The position numbers and the translations under genes are program-made. This document shows positions 53,301-63,000 of a DNA stretch of 63,068 bases, piece after piece (positions within the stretch are counted from its first letter, which is position 1; the number at the start of each line of letters is the position of its first letter). The stretch spans positions 1 through 63,068 of the forward strand of contig CAYPQZ010000005.1 in assembly GCA_964413015.1 (NCBI GenBank). Direction: 5' to 3'. This stretch comes from an uncultured Candidatus Saccharibacteria bacterium (GTDB lineage Bacteria; Patescibacteriota; Minisyncoccia; Portnoybacterales; UBA2143). The notes under the pieces were generated by a model. The model did not search any database. It worked only from the letters and a program-made list of their open reading frames with translations, and had not been told where the DNA came from.

Positions 53301-54026
53301 GGCCGAACTGCCTTTTTTGGCCTTATCGCTTAATTCTTTAGCCAAGGCCTCTAAATTGATTTTTTCAAAAATATTCCTCAAGACCTCGGCGCCAGTACCG
53401 GCTTCAAAGACCTGGCCAAATTTCAAGCTTAAATCACGATACTCAACTTCTGAAAGCACCTGGTGCAGATAAAGACTTTTAACCTTGCGAATAGCTGAGT
53501 CTCTTTGCTCTTTCAAAGCACTTTTGACTTTTACCTCTTGATTCTTAAATTTCTGTTTGTATTCCTTGTCTATTTCTTTAATAACCTTGTTTCTTTCGTC
53601 TTCATTAATTTTGGTTATAATATATCCGGCGAAGTAGATGACTTTTTCCAGTTCCTGTAAGGACTTGTCCAAAATTAGGCCCATTTTAGAAGGAACGCCC
53701 CGCAAAAACCAGATATGGGAAACCGGAACCGCCAGAGAAATATGGCCCATCCGCTCGCGCCTAACAATTGACCGGGTTACTTCCACTCCGCACTTATCGC
53801 AGATCACTCCTTTATAGCGGATTCTTCGATATTTGCCACAAGCGCATTCCCAGTCCTTTTCCGGACCGAAGATTTTCTCGCAAAACAAGCCGTCTTTTTC
53901 CGCCCGCTGGGTACGGTAATTGATTGTTTCTGGCTTGAGGACCTCGCCGTGCGACCAATTCAAAATTTCCTCGGGCGAAGCGAGCTTTAAACGGATAGCT
54001 TTAAAATCAGAAACCTTTGTAGTCAT
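50397..54026 (-). CDS. rpoC: DNA-directed RNA polymerase subunit beta-prime
   Basis: 1209 aa, zinc motif ..CACGKY..CDKCGVEV.., active site ..NADFDGDQMAVH.. Confidence 0.95.
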   Translation of the reverse strand: MTTKVSDFKAIRLKLASPEEILNWSHGEVLKPETINYRTQRAEKDGLFCEKIFGPEKDWECACGKYRRIRYKGVICDKCGVEVTRSIVRRERMGHISLAVPVSHIWFLRGVPSKMGLILDKSLQELEKVIYFAGYIITKINEDERNKVIKEIDKEYKQKFKNQEVKVKSALKEQRDSAIRKVKSLYLHQVLSEVEYRDLSLKFGQVFEAGTGAEVLRNIFEKINLEALAKELSDKAKKGSSAANKKHLKRLNLVKGMIEARLRPEWFFLTVLPVLPPDLRPMVQLDGGRFATSDVNDLYRRVINRNNRLKRLIELNAPEVICRNEKRMLQEAVDALIDNTSRRGQVMVAASTGQKRILKSLTDGLKGKQGRFRQNLLGKRVDYSGRSVIVVGPDLKLNQCGLPKYMALELFKPFIINKLVERGLAHNVRGAGRLIEEEIDEVWGILEEVTKDRYVLLNRAPTLHRLGIQAFQPVLIEGNAIQIHPLVCRAFNADFDGDQMAVHLPLSEEAQTEAKEIMLSSENLLKPATGNPVAIPTQDMILGCYWMTKIEDDLPGQDKIFSSPSEALMAKHFGNVHLKARIKVRMENNEIIETSVGRIIFNEPLPAEAGFINETMRSRDLHKLISELIESVGIKKTASILDRIKRMGFKYATVSGISWGMDDLNVPKEKQEWLKQAHKEQVAVQNQYESGLLTESERKSRIIEIWLNTTDKVAKRIPEVINAKSSIFNIYDSKARGSLSQLTQMMGMKGLVINPAGETIELPIRSSYKEGFSVLEYFISTHGGRKGLADTALKTATAGYLTRRLVDVCQDIVVCENDCGDKKGIYVYREDEEDMGNSFASRIYRRTCLEKVVHPKKAGKILARPGQTIDKRMAQEIDEAGIGKLRVRSAISCQSLNGICQKCYGYDLGRNRTVELGEAVGIITAQAIGEPGTQLTLRTFHTGGVAGGQDITQGLPRVEEIFEARPPKGKAVISEVDGQVKEIVESGSQKIVQIEPMEERKTSGKKSPVRNAAHSVAGGKVKKKSKNLLEYSLPGKTIASVSKGDLVSKGQQLGEGNIDLKELYKTAGAEAVQRYIVREVQKIYTFAGENIDDKHIEMIVRQMFSRIKVKNPGGTNLLADSVVEKNLFQRENNRMTNKKGKLAIGSQLLLGITKVSLTTESFLSAASFIETTRVLIDASVQGKKDKLKGLKENVIIGKLIPAGTGFQKT

Positions 54027-54029
54027 GAT

Positions 54030-57000
54030 TTACTTTTCTATTAACTCCACTCCTAATCCCAGAGCTTTGAGCTCGCTGATTAAGACATTAAACGACGAAG
54101 GGACATTCGGCGCCTGGATTTTCTTGCCTCGGATAATCGCGTCGTAAGTCCCGGCCCGGCCGGTGACGTCATCCGACTTAATAGTCAACATCTCCTGTAA
54201 AGTATGGGCCGCCCCATACCCTTCTAAAGCCCAAACTTCCATTTCTCCGAATCGCTGTCCGCCGAATTGGGCTTTGCCGCCCAAGGGCTGCTGAGTAATC
54301 AATGAATAAGGCCCGACTGACCGCATATGAATCTTATCCTCAACCAAATGAAGCAATTTCATTATGTAAATATAGCCGACCGTAACTGGCTTTTCAAAAG
54401 GCTCGCCATTGCGGCCATCGTAAAGAATGACCTTGCCATCTTCAGGTAAACCGGCTTTTTTCAATTCCTGCTTAATATCCTCCTCTTTAACTCCGGCCAA
54501 AGACGGACTGATTGTCCTATGTCCCAGAGCATGAACTGCCCAGCCCAGATGGGTTTCCAAAATCTGGCCAATATTCATTCGGGAAGCCACTCCTAACGGA
54601 TTAAGGACCACTTCCACCGGTGTGCCGTCAGCCAAGTAAGGCATATCTTCCTCGGGCAGAATCTTGGCAATGATTCCCTTATTGCCGTGTCGTCCAGCCA
54701 ACTTGTCGCCCACCGAAACCTTTCTTAATTGAGCCACTTCCACCTGAATGCTTTTAATCACCCCTGACGGTAGCTTGTCGCCTTTGTCACGGGAAAAAAC
54801 TTTTATCCCGACTACCCGTCCCCGTTTACCATGAGGCGTTCTTAAAGAAGTGTCTTTGACATCACGGGCCTTTTCTCCGAAAATCGCCTGCAAGAGACGC
54901 TCTTCGGAAGTTAAATCGGTTTCTCCTTTGGGAGAAATTTTGCCGATTAGAATATCGTTCGGCCCGACTTCAGCGCCAATCCGGATAATCCCTTCTTCAT
55001 CCAAATCTTTTAATCGCTCTTCACCGACATTAGGAATATCCGGCGTGGTAATTTCCGGACCCAGTTTAGTTTCTCTGACATCACAAGTAAAATCCTCTAT
55101 ATGAATAGAAGTATAACGGTCGTCTTTAACGACTTTCTCCGAAAGGATAATCGCATCCTCAAAATTACTACCTCTTAAGGACATAAAAGCAACCAGCAAA
55201 TTCTGTCCCAAAGACAAAACTCCTTGATCGGTAGCCGCTCCGTCAGCCAGAATTTCTCCTTGCTTGACCGACTGTCCTTTTTTAACTAATGGACGCTGGC
55301 AAATGCAAGTATATTGGTTAGTCCGGGAAAAAGAACGTAAAGGATAATTTCTGAACCGACCATCCGAAGAAAGGTTCCCTTGCGATAAATCGGAGATACT
55401 CCATGGCTTATTTTTAGCTTTCTTTTTCAAGGAAATTTTTATTTGGTTAGCGTCCACCTCTTTTACCCAACAATCTTCTTTAGCAACCACCATTTGTCCG
55501 GAATCTTTAGCTGACTTTTCTTCCATGCCTGTGCCAACCAAAGGGGCTTCCGGCTTGATACAGGCAACCGCCTGACGCTGCATGTTTGAACCCATTAAGG
55601 CCCGGTTACTGTCATCGTGTTCCAAAAAAGGTATCAAAGCGGCGGCAATACTGATTGGTTGCTGGGGCAAAACATCAATTAAGTCAATTTTATTCCGATT
55701 AATTGTATCCGGCTGTCCCTGGACCCGTGCTTCTACCTCTTTGTTTAAAAACTGGCCGGTCTTAGAGACTGCCACTCCGGCATGGGCAATGTTAAACTGC
55801 TCTTCCTGATTGGCGGTTAAATAGACGATTTCCTTGGTCAGTCGTCCTTGCTTGACTTTACGGTAAGGAGTTTCCAAAAAACCGTATTCATTTAAACGGG
55901 CGCAAGTACTTAAATGCCCAACCAAACCAATGTTGGGACCCTCCGGAGTATGTATCGGACAAATTCTTCCATAATGGCTGGGATGGACATCTCTAACTTC
56001 AAAGCCGGCCCGCTCCCTGGCCAAACCGCCCGGACCCATAGCCGAAAGACGTCTTTTATGCTCCAGTTCAGCCAACGGATTATGTTGGTCCATAAACTGG
56101 GAAAGCTGCGAAGAGGTGAAAAATTCCTTAGCCGCCCCCATGAATGGCTTGGCGTTAACCAGTTGTCCGGGCAACAGCTCGTTATGTTCAAAAGTTGACA
56201 TGCGGTCTCGGATAATTCTTTCCATTCTGGCCAAACCGACTCTTAATTTATTCTGAAGCAGTTCGCCAAAGGATTTAACCCGACGGTTGCCTAAATGGTC
56301 AATGTCATCGGGCAGGGCAAGCGGATTATTATTCAGCTGAATTAATTCTTTAATAATAGCGACCAAATCGTCAAAATGAATCACCCGGTCTTGCTTGGTA
56401 ATTGGGGATAGCTCCTTTGTCTGGGGACTCCCCTCAATAGACAGGCGCTGTCCCATTTTCCAACGGCCGACTTCGCCCAAATCATATCTTTCAAAAGAAA
56501 GCATTGCCTTAATAAAAGAACGGGCATTGTCTTCAGTGGCCAGATCGCCCGGCCGAATGCGCTTGTAAACTTCCACGAAAGCCTGGCCGATATCTTTAGA
56601 AACGTCTTTCCCTAAAGTAGATTCAAGATAATCAAATTCTCCTGTATTGACCTTGGCAAAAAGTTCTTTAATCTGTCCACTTTCCAGAGAATTGGTTTTC
56701 CCATCTAAAGAAGCTAGAACCCTTAACAAAGCGGTTACCGGGACTTTTCTTTTCCGGTCAATTTTTACGCCAATGCTTTTATCGGCGTCGGTTTCAAATT
56801 CCAGCCAGGCGCCCCGGTTAGGAATAACTTTGGCGCCAAAAAGCTGTTGGCCTCTTAAAAAACGGGAAGTGAAGAAAACCCCTGAAGACCTGATAAGCTG
56901 GGAGATGACAACCCGTTCTACAGCGTTGACGATAAAAGTGCCCCGTTCGGTCATTAAAGGAAAATCGCCTAGAAAAATGTCCTGTTCTTTGGATTGCTTG

Positions 57001-57266
57001 GTTTGAAGATTGACCAGTTTAACCCGACAATACAAAGAGGCCTCATAAGAAACATTATGGGCCTTGGCTTCGACTTCATTATACTTGGGCTCTTCTAAAT
57101 GATAGTCAAAGAAAGATAATTCAAAATTTTTGCCGCTCCAGTCCTGAATTGGGAAAACCTCATCAAAAAGGTCACGCAAACCTTTTTCCCAGAACCATTG
57201 ATAAGATTTTTTTTGTATTTCAATAAGATCAGGCAGATTAAAATTGCTCTGGGTTTGATTAGACAT
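54030..57266 (-). CDS. rpoB: DNA-directed RNA polymerase subunit beta
   Basis: 1078 aa, ..GRHGNKGI.., ..GGQRFGEMEVWALEGYGAA.. Confidence 0.95.
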   Translation of the reverse strand: MSNQTQSNFNLPDLIEIQKKSYQWFWEKGLRDLFDEVFPIQDWSGKNFELSFFDYHLEEPKYNEVEAKAHNVSYEASLYCRVKLVNLQTKQSKEQDIFLGDFPLMTERGTFIVNAVERVVISQLIRSSGVFFTSRFLRGQQLFGAKVIPNRGAWLEFETDADKSIGVKIDRKRKVPVTALLRVLASLDGKTNSLESGQIKELFAKVNTGEFDYLESTLGKDVSKDIGQAFVEVYKRIRPGDLATEDNARSFIKAMLSFERYDLGEVGRWKMGQRLSIEGSPQTKELSPITKQDRVIHFDDLVAIIKELIQLNNNPLALPDDIDHLGNRRVKSFGELLQNKLRVGLARMERIIRDRMSTFEHNELLPGQLVNAKPFMGAAKEFFTSSQLSQFMDQHNPLAELEHKRRLSAMGPGGLARERAGFEVRDVHPSHYGRICPIHTPEGPNIGLVGHLSTCARLNEYGFLETPYRKVKQGRLTKEIVYLTANQEEQFNIAHAGVAVSKTGQFLNKEVEARVQGQPDTINRNKIDLIDVLPQQPISIAAALIPFLEHDDSNRALMGSNMQRQAVACIKPEAPLVGTGMEEKSAKDSGQMVVAKEDCWVKEVDANQIKISLKKKAKNKPWSISDLSQGNLSSDGRFRNYPLRSFSRTNQYTCICQRPLVKKGQSVKQGEILADGAATDQGVLSLGQNLLVAFMSLRGSNFEDAIILSEKVVKDDRYTSIHIEDFTCDVRETKLGPEITTPDIPNVGEERLKDLDEEGIIRIGAEVGPNDILIGKISPKGETDLTSEERLLQAIFGEKARDVKDTSLRTPHGKRGRVVGIKVFSRDKGDKLPSGVIKSIQVEVAQLRKVSVGDKLAGRHGNKGIIAKILPEEDMPYLADGTPVEVVLNPLGVASRMNIGQILETHLGWAVHALGHRTISPSLAGVKEEDIKQELKKAGLPEDGKVILYDGRNGEPFEKPVTVGYIYIMKLLHLVEDKIHMRSVGPYSLITQQPLGGKAQFGGQRFGEMEVWALEGYGAAHTLQEMLTIKSDDVTGRAGTYDAIIRGKKIQAPNVPSSFNVLISELKALGLGVELIEK

Positions 57267-57334
57267 AAAAGAAACCTTTCCCTTGCTTAGAGAGGGCTTG
57301 AGAAATTAAATTGCTTAAAAATTAAATCTTAATT

Positions 57335-57363
57335 TAGTATAAATGATTGACAGAAAGTGTCAA
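57335..57363 (-). promoter_or_regulatory. Candidate sigma-70 promoter for rpoBC (TTGACA-17 nt-ATACTA)
   Basis: -35 at 57363..57358 and -10 at 57340..57335 on the minus strand, about 68 nt upstream of the rpoB ATG. Confidence 0.4.
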
Positions 57364-57366
57364 GGG

Positions 57367-59742
57367 TTATTCTTCTTCTGCCGGCGGCTGGGCTGCTGAA
57401 GATTCTAATTGCTGTATTAACTGCTGGATATTTTTATTCCCCGGAGACAGCTGGTCAACAAGCTTGAACTGAATTAAAGCATCTTCGCCCCTCCCTTTGG
57501 CTTGGTAAGACAACCCTAAAGCGTAGTGGCCGTTGGCGTATTCCGGAGTAATAATTACCGCCTGTTCAAACATAGAAATCGCTTTATCAATCCGGTCAAG
57601 GTTGAAATGCAGGCGCCCTAGCTGGAAATAGATTTCAGTAGCCGCGCCGGCTAATCTTGAGCCGCGCTGGAAACTTACTCCTTTAATCTTGACCAAGGCC
57701 GATTCGGCATATTTAAGAGCTTCTTCCAGCTCGCCTTTTTCTTCATAAACCAAAGCTAATTGGAGATGGGCGTCTAAGTAATTCTCCTTCAATTCAATCG
57801 CCCGCTGGCAATACTTAACCGTTTTATCCCAATCCTTTTCTTCGCTCATTAAATTCAATCGGCAGAGTTCGCGATAGAACAAAGGATTGGTCGGCTCCAA
57901 TTCCACCGCCTTGGCGTAAGCGTCCAAAGCAAAAGGCAGAGTTCCGCCTACCAACATTCTTGAATCTCGGTAAATTCTCGCCAGATTCTCCCAAGCAATA
58001 ACCGAATTGGGACTTAAGGTAATGGCAAACCTAGACTGTTGGATAGCTCCTGAAGCAAGGGCCTGCAAAAGCTGGCCGTTCCGCTCCTCTTCCGATTTAT
58101 TGGCTTCTGTCCAAGCGCTGATTAAATATGTCCGCGACAAAGCCGTCCGGTAATCTGTTCGGTACTTGTTGAAATTAACTGCCTTCTCTATATTTTGAAT
58201 CGCCTGTTCGTCTGTCTCCACTGGCTGGGTAAGGGTTGTTTCCGCAAGATAAAACCGTCCGCCTAAATAGAATAAACTTAACAGACCGAAGAACAAAATT
58301 AAAAGAATAATATTCATAACCAATCCTACTTCCGGCAGTTGCTTAAAAGAAAACTTTATCTTCTTAATCGCTTTCCCCTGCGCTTTTTGCCAAACCACAA
58401 TAATTAACGCCATCATAAACCAGAAAAAGAAATACAGGACAGAGTTTTCCGGATAAAAGAACTGAGCGGTTAACAAAGCCAGCCAAGAAAAAATTAAAGA
58501 GAAAACTAGAATTGACGCCGAATTGTTTCCGAATGCTTCACTGTCTAATTTGTTTCTCTTAATTCTCGATAAGAAAATCAGCATTACCAGCAAAAATACG
58601 AAGAGCAGCGAAGCGTAAGACAGAATTCCCAAGATGCCGGCAGTTGCCGCAACTTCCAGCATATGGCTGGGCGCCTTGTCAAACCGGATATTCCAGAAAG
58701 CGCTCTGGTTGAATTCCACCGGCTTGAACTTGGCAAAGTCAAACAGAAAAGTCCCCTGCCCGGAGCCAAGTACCGGATAACTTTTCAGACTCTGCCAAGC
58801 GACTGACTTGGCGGTCTGGTTGTCTAAGATAATTTCTTGAGGCAAGGGTTGAGCAATTAACCCAGCTGTCTGCATTCCAACGCCTATCCAGCCGGTAAAC
58901 ACCCCGATGGCCGAAATAATCAGCAAAACAATCGGCAGAAACAAAAGATTAACTTTTTCCTTAAGAATCCGCGTCCAGAAACAGACCGCCAATAAAATTA
59001 ACATAACTATTCCTAAACTGATCCAGGCCGGCCTGAAATCTATCATTATGATTAAAATCAATGAAGATAAAACTAAACCGTAATGGATAACGTTTTCAAT
59101 CGTCTTAATCCCTTTTAAACTGTTTTCTTTTCTTTCAATTAACAGTAGTCCGATGACTAAACTGACAACAAAAACCAGAAATATGCTCAACCCTTCTAAA
59201 GAGCCGCTAACCGGGTTGAAAGACCGCCGAGCCATTAACGGCGGCAATTCAGGAATTCTGCTCCAGATATTAAAAACGGACAGGTAGGAAGCAATCACCG
59301 CAATACCGCTGGAATACAAGAGAGTATTAATGATTCCTTTTAAAGACAAGTTCAGGCCTTTTTTAGCGCCTATGGAAACATTGTTGACCACCACAAAATA
59401 CATCACCGATAAGGCCAGCAGAAAAATTGCTGAATCGGAAAACCGGCCGTAAAAACCCAGCCAGGAAGAAATTTTATCCAGAGAAAAAGCCGCGCTTACT
59501 GAAGTAGCCGCCATAAAGGCCAGTATCCAGAAATCCAAGGGGGTTCGTTTGAAAACAACTTTTTTCTGAACAACCGCCATTTTGAATATCCAGGCAATAA
59601 AAGATAGGCCGACTAAAAAAACCAGCAGATACTGCTTGTTAAATTCATACACTTCTAAAGTCCAGGGCAGCCAGAACAAAGGCATTAAAAAAACCAGACC
59701 GTAAATTGAATACTTGATAATAAAGTTGACTATTTTGCCCAT
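57367..59742 (-). CDS. O-antigen ligase-like polytopic membrane protein fused to C-terminal TPR repeats
   Basis: 791 aa with more than 10 TM helices and a C-terminal ..AYAKAVELEP..YCQRAIELKENY..ALKYAESAL.. TPR array. Confidence 0.75.
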   Translation of the reverse strand: MGKIVNFIIKYSIYGLVFLMPLFWLPWTLEVYEFNKQYLLVFLVGLSFIAWIFKMAVVQKKVVFKRTPLDFWILAFMAATSVSAAFSLDKISSWLGFYGRFSDSAIFLLALSVMYFVVVNNVSIGAKKGLNLSLKGIINTLLYSSGIAVIASYLSVFNIWSRIPELPPLMARRSFNPVSGSLEGLSIFLVFVVSLVIGLLLIERKENSLKGIKTIENVIHYGLVLSSLILIIMIDFRPAWISLGIVMLILLAVCFWTRILKEKVNLLFLPIVLLIISAIGVFTGWIGVGMQTAGLIAQPLPQEIILDNQTAKSVAWQSLKSYPVLGSGQGTFLFDFAKFKPVEFNQSAFWNIRFDKAPSHMLEVAATAGILGILSYASLLFVFLLVMLIFLSRIKRNKLDSEAFGNNSASILVFSLIFSWLALLTAQFFYPENSVLYFFFWFMMALIIVVWQKAQGKAIKKIKFSFKQLPEVGLVMNIILLILFFGLLSLFYLGGRFYLAETTLTQPVETDEQAIQNIEKAVNFNKYRTDYRTALSRTYLISAWTEANKSEEERNGQLLQALASGAIQQSRFAITLSPNSVIAWENLARIYRDSRMLVGGTLPFALDAYAKAVELEPTNPLFYRELCRLNLMSEEKDWDKTVKYCQRAIELKENYLDAHLQLALVYEEKGELEEALKYAESALVKIKGVSFQRGSRLAGAATEIYFQLGRLHFNLDRIDKAISMFEQAVIITPEYANGHYALGLSYQAKGRGEDALIQFKLVDQLSPGNKNIQQLIQQLESSAAQPPAEEE

Positions 59743-59858
59743 AATCGCGTTTTTTTAAGCTTAAACTCAATAAAGGATTTTTAAAAAAATTCTTTATCCC
59801 GGAAAAAGCTTAAGTTAATTATTATTTTAATTATACTCTATTTTTTTGTTTAAGGGAA

Positions 59859-59905
59859 TGTGGATAACTGATTAGAATTTTTAATTTTTAATTTTTAATT
59901 TTTAA
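59859..59905. promoter_or_regulatory. Second copy of the perfect DnaA-box 9-mer + 8 nt + (AATTTTT)4 composite
   Basis: TGTGGATAA at 59859-59867 and AATTTTT x4 at 59876-59905. Confidence 0.3.
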
Positions 59906-60033
59906 ATAATTTTTTAATAACTAAATTTTAAAACATCACTTGCATTCTTTAGAAATCTTAGCAAAAATTAACGCCAATCCATGAGCTTCCTGCCATAACT
60001 TTCTACATCCATCTTTATTAAAAATTAAAAATT

Positions 60034-63000
60034 TTACTCATCTGTGCTAGTGGCCGTACTGGTGCTGGTTTCATTGCCAATAAAATTATCTGTGCTGGTG
60101 GCTGTATTACACCCCTCATCAATTATCCCGTCGCAGTTATTGTCAATCTCATCATCGCATAGTTCAGCCGTGCCCGGGTTAATCTCCGGGTCAAAGTCAT
60201 TGCAGTCATCTTCATTGTCAGCGTATCCTTCCGGCGGAGTACAGCCAATATAGAAATTGCCGGAACTCCCGTATCCATCGCCGTCTAAGTCAATATAGAA
60301 ATAGTCATTTTTACAAGAGGACGACTCATCAAAATGATTCTCCTCAAAAAGGACGTCATTTTGAGGATTGTCCTCTGGGATATTAGATGCTTGGACAATC
60401 CAGTAATCAAAACTCAAAGTTTCTTCGGTCTCTTTGTCTAAACAGACCTTAAAGGACCGGCCTGTCTCTTTGCCGCAAATCCACCATGAAGCGCCGGCTA
60501 AATTGGAAGTAAAGCTGACAAATATCTTGGAATCTTCGCGGATTTGGATGTTTTCCACGATTGCCGAGTCAGAAGAGCTGGCGATTTTGCTTTCGCCCAT
60601 AATTTCATTCTCTCCTTGCGGCATGGCCAGCCGGCCGCCCGAAACCACTTCCAAATCTTCAGTTCTTAACTTATCAATAACTGCATAACCATCGCTGTCT
60701 AATACTAATCCAGACAAGGACGTTCCTTGAGAATCTGCGTCTTCGTCAGAGGACGTACTTTCAAGAAGCGCCCTTGATTCTATTTCCGCAACTCTAATGC
60801 TTAATTCATCAACTTCATTCTTGACCGCCTTAACTCCGGCAATGGCAAAAGTGGCGTAATCATAAAGCGAGATAGATTTGCCGTCGCTGGACAAGACCTC
60901 GGCCGGCGTACCTTCATCTTCCACAATTACCCCTAACATCGTGTCCATAGAGGATAACTCCTCTTGAGGATTGTCCTCGCCCCAGTTTTTCCACCGATAC
61001 CTAGCCACTTCCATCCCCCCTATTTCCTCTAAAATATCTTCGTAATCAGTTTCCTCTAAATAGGTAATATCTGTCTTGTACTCTCTGGAAGAGTAGACGT
61101 CCCAGCCGTCGGCGATGGCGTTGCCCATGCCCTGGCCAATGGTCAGGATATTAGTCGGCGTAGTCGTGGCTATTCCCACCTTGCCGTTTTCCACTAAATA
61201 GAGCAAAGGCGTATTAGAGGCGTTATTGATAGTAAGAACATCTAATAATTCCGTAGTCGTTGCTTCTGTCATCCTAAAATCATTGGCGAATTCAATATCT
61301 TCAACATGTTCTGTATGAACCCAGATATTAGACCATCTTAGGCCATCTTTACCCAAATCGTCAGCATCGTCAGAATCAGGCACCACATCTCCATCTACTT
61401 GCAACACGTAATCTGGATCCGTCGTCCCGATGCCGACGTTGCCCTCTCCTGTAGAATCAGTATCTATATAAATAGCTACTAAATCATTTTTTGTTTGGAA
61501 TACCATTTTTTCATCGTTCGAGAAAAATGTAATTTGTCCACTATAGTCCCGTTCGAAACGCAGACCCCCTTTTACATTTCCACTTTCTCCTAACGCAAAA
61601 CCTGCACCAGTTCCTTCTTGTATAGTCCCCGTGTTATCAACAGTTATATAAGTATATCCCTCTTGATTTTTTTGAACATATAATGGGCTCCCTGGACTAT
61701 CCGTCCCGATGCCGACGTTGCCGTTATCTAAAACTGTAACTTTTTCTGAATTATTGCTGTCTGTGAGCTGTAATAGCCTGTCAGTGCCCGTTCCACTGCC
61801 CTTGACACTAAATTTGGCTATAGGACTCGTCGTCCCGATGCCGACGTTGCCGGTGCTATCTATTCTTGCTGCTTCTGCTTGATTTATCGTTATCCCAATT
61901 TCGTTATTAGCTGGGCGATAAAATCCTGTATAAGCACTGTCAAAAAAAGAATAAGAAGGATAGGATTCAGTACCACTTGTCATCATTACGCCATAATCAT
62001 CTCCTCTCATTGAAACACCACCATTCGCAACAAGAGCCCACACATTAGCACCATAACTGTAAAATCCTGTATCTGGGTCATCACTAAAACTATAACTTGG
62101 GGCAGAAACTGTACCATTAGGCACAAAAATTTGTCCACTGTCAATTTCCAACTTCGCTCCCGGACTCGCCGTTCCGATGCCGACGTTGCCGTCTTTGTTT
62201 ATCCTCATCCTTTCGTTTGCACTACTTGAACCATCAGAATCCGTATAAAATGCCAAAAATCCATCAGCAGTATTGCCTGTAGTATCTGTCCCTCCTTTTA
62301 TAGCTGCACGGGTTGTCCTTGTATAACTACCATCATAATAATTATCCTCAAAAGTGATTACGGCCCCTTTGCCGATAACATCATTTTCATATTCATTATA
62401 CAATCTTAAAATTGCATCATTTCCAGACAAGTCTCCTGTTGTGTGAGTTTTATTTCCAACAATATCCAACTTCGCCCCGGGATCCGTCGTCCCGATGCCG
62501 ACGTTGCCGCCGTTTTGGAAAGTAACCAAATCTGTTCCATTAGGAGCGCCACTTTTAATTCTTATTGAGTTAGCAAGGCCTGTTCCTGTGCCATCGTAAC
62601 CAAAAAACATTACATCATTTATTGTTTCTTCACCAAATCTTATACCAGTCGTTCCTGAGATGATTGAGTTCATATAGATATAAGGACTTGCACTCGGATT
62701 GTTTCCGCCCAAATCCAATAACCCTCTCGGAGTCGCCGTCCCGATGCCGACATTGCCACCAGTATTGAAGTAACTATTTTCACCACTCAAACCATTAAGT
62801 TGTATCGTATTTCCTCCGTTATAGCGAAGTGAAAGATATCCACCGTTATTGTTCGCCTCAAGGAGAATGGCCGAGTTTCCGCCATCATCTTCCATTAGAG
62901 CGATATCACCACCTCCGACGGTAAGTTTTGAGCCAGGATCCGTCGTCCCGATGCCGACAGTGCCTGTACTAAAATCACCTTGTATCAAAGGAACAGCATT

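Noticed and set aside
50397-57266. Numerous 60-120-aa ORFs antisense or out of frame within rpoB/rpoC, and similarly inside ftsK, the T4CP-like gene, PBP2 and the 781-aa protein
   Set aside because: All are nested in long, well-supported genes and have biased low-complexity composition. They are shadow ORFs.
59876-59935. AATTTTT tandem tracts (also 36445-36480, 37058-37100, 40809-40850) as a possible CRISPR or minisatellite array
   Set aside because: The unit is only 7 nt with no unique spacers and no cas genes. This is low-complexity AT-rich repeat sequence.
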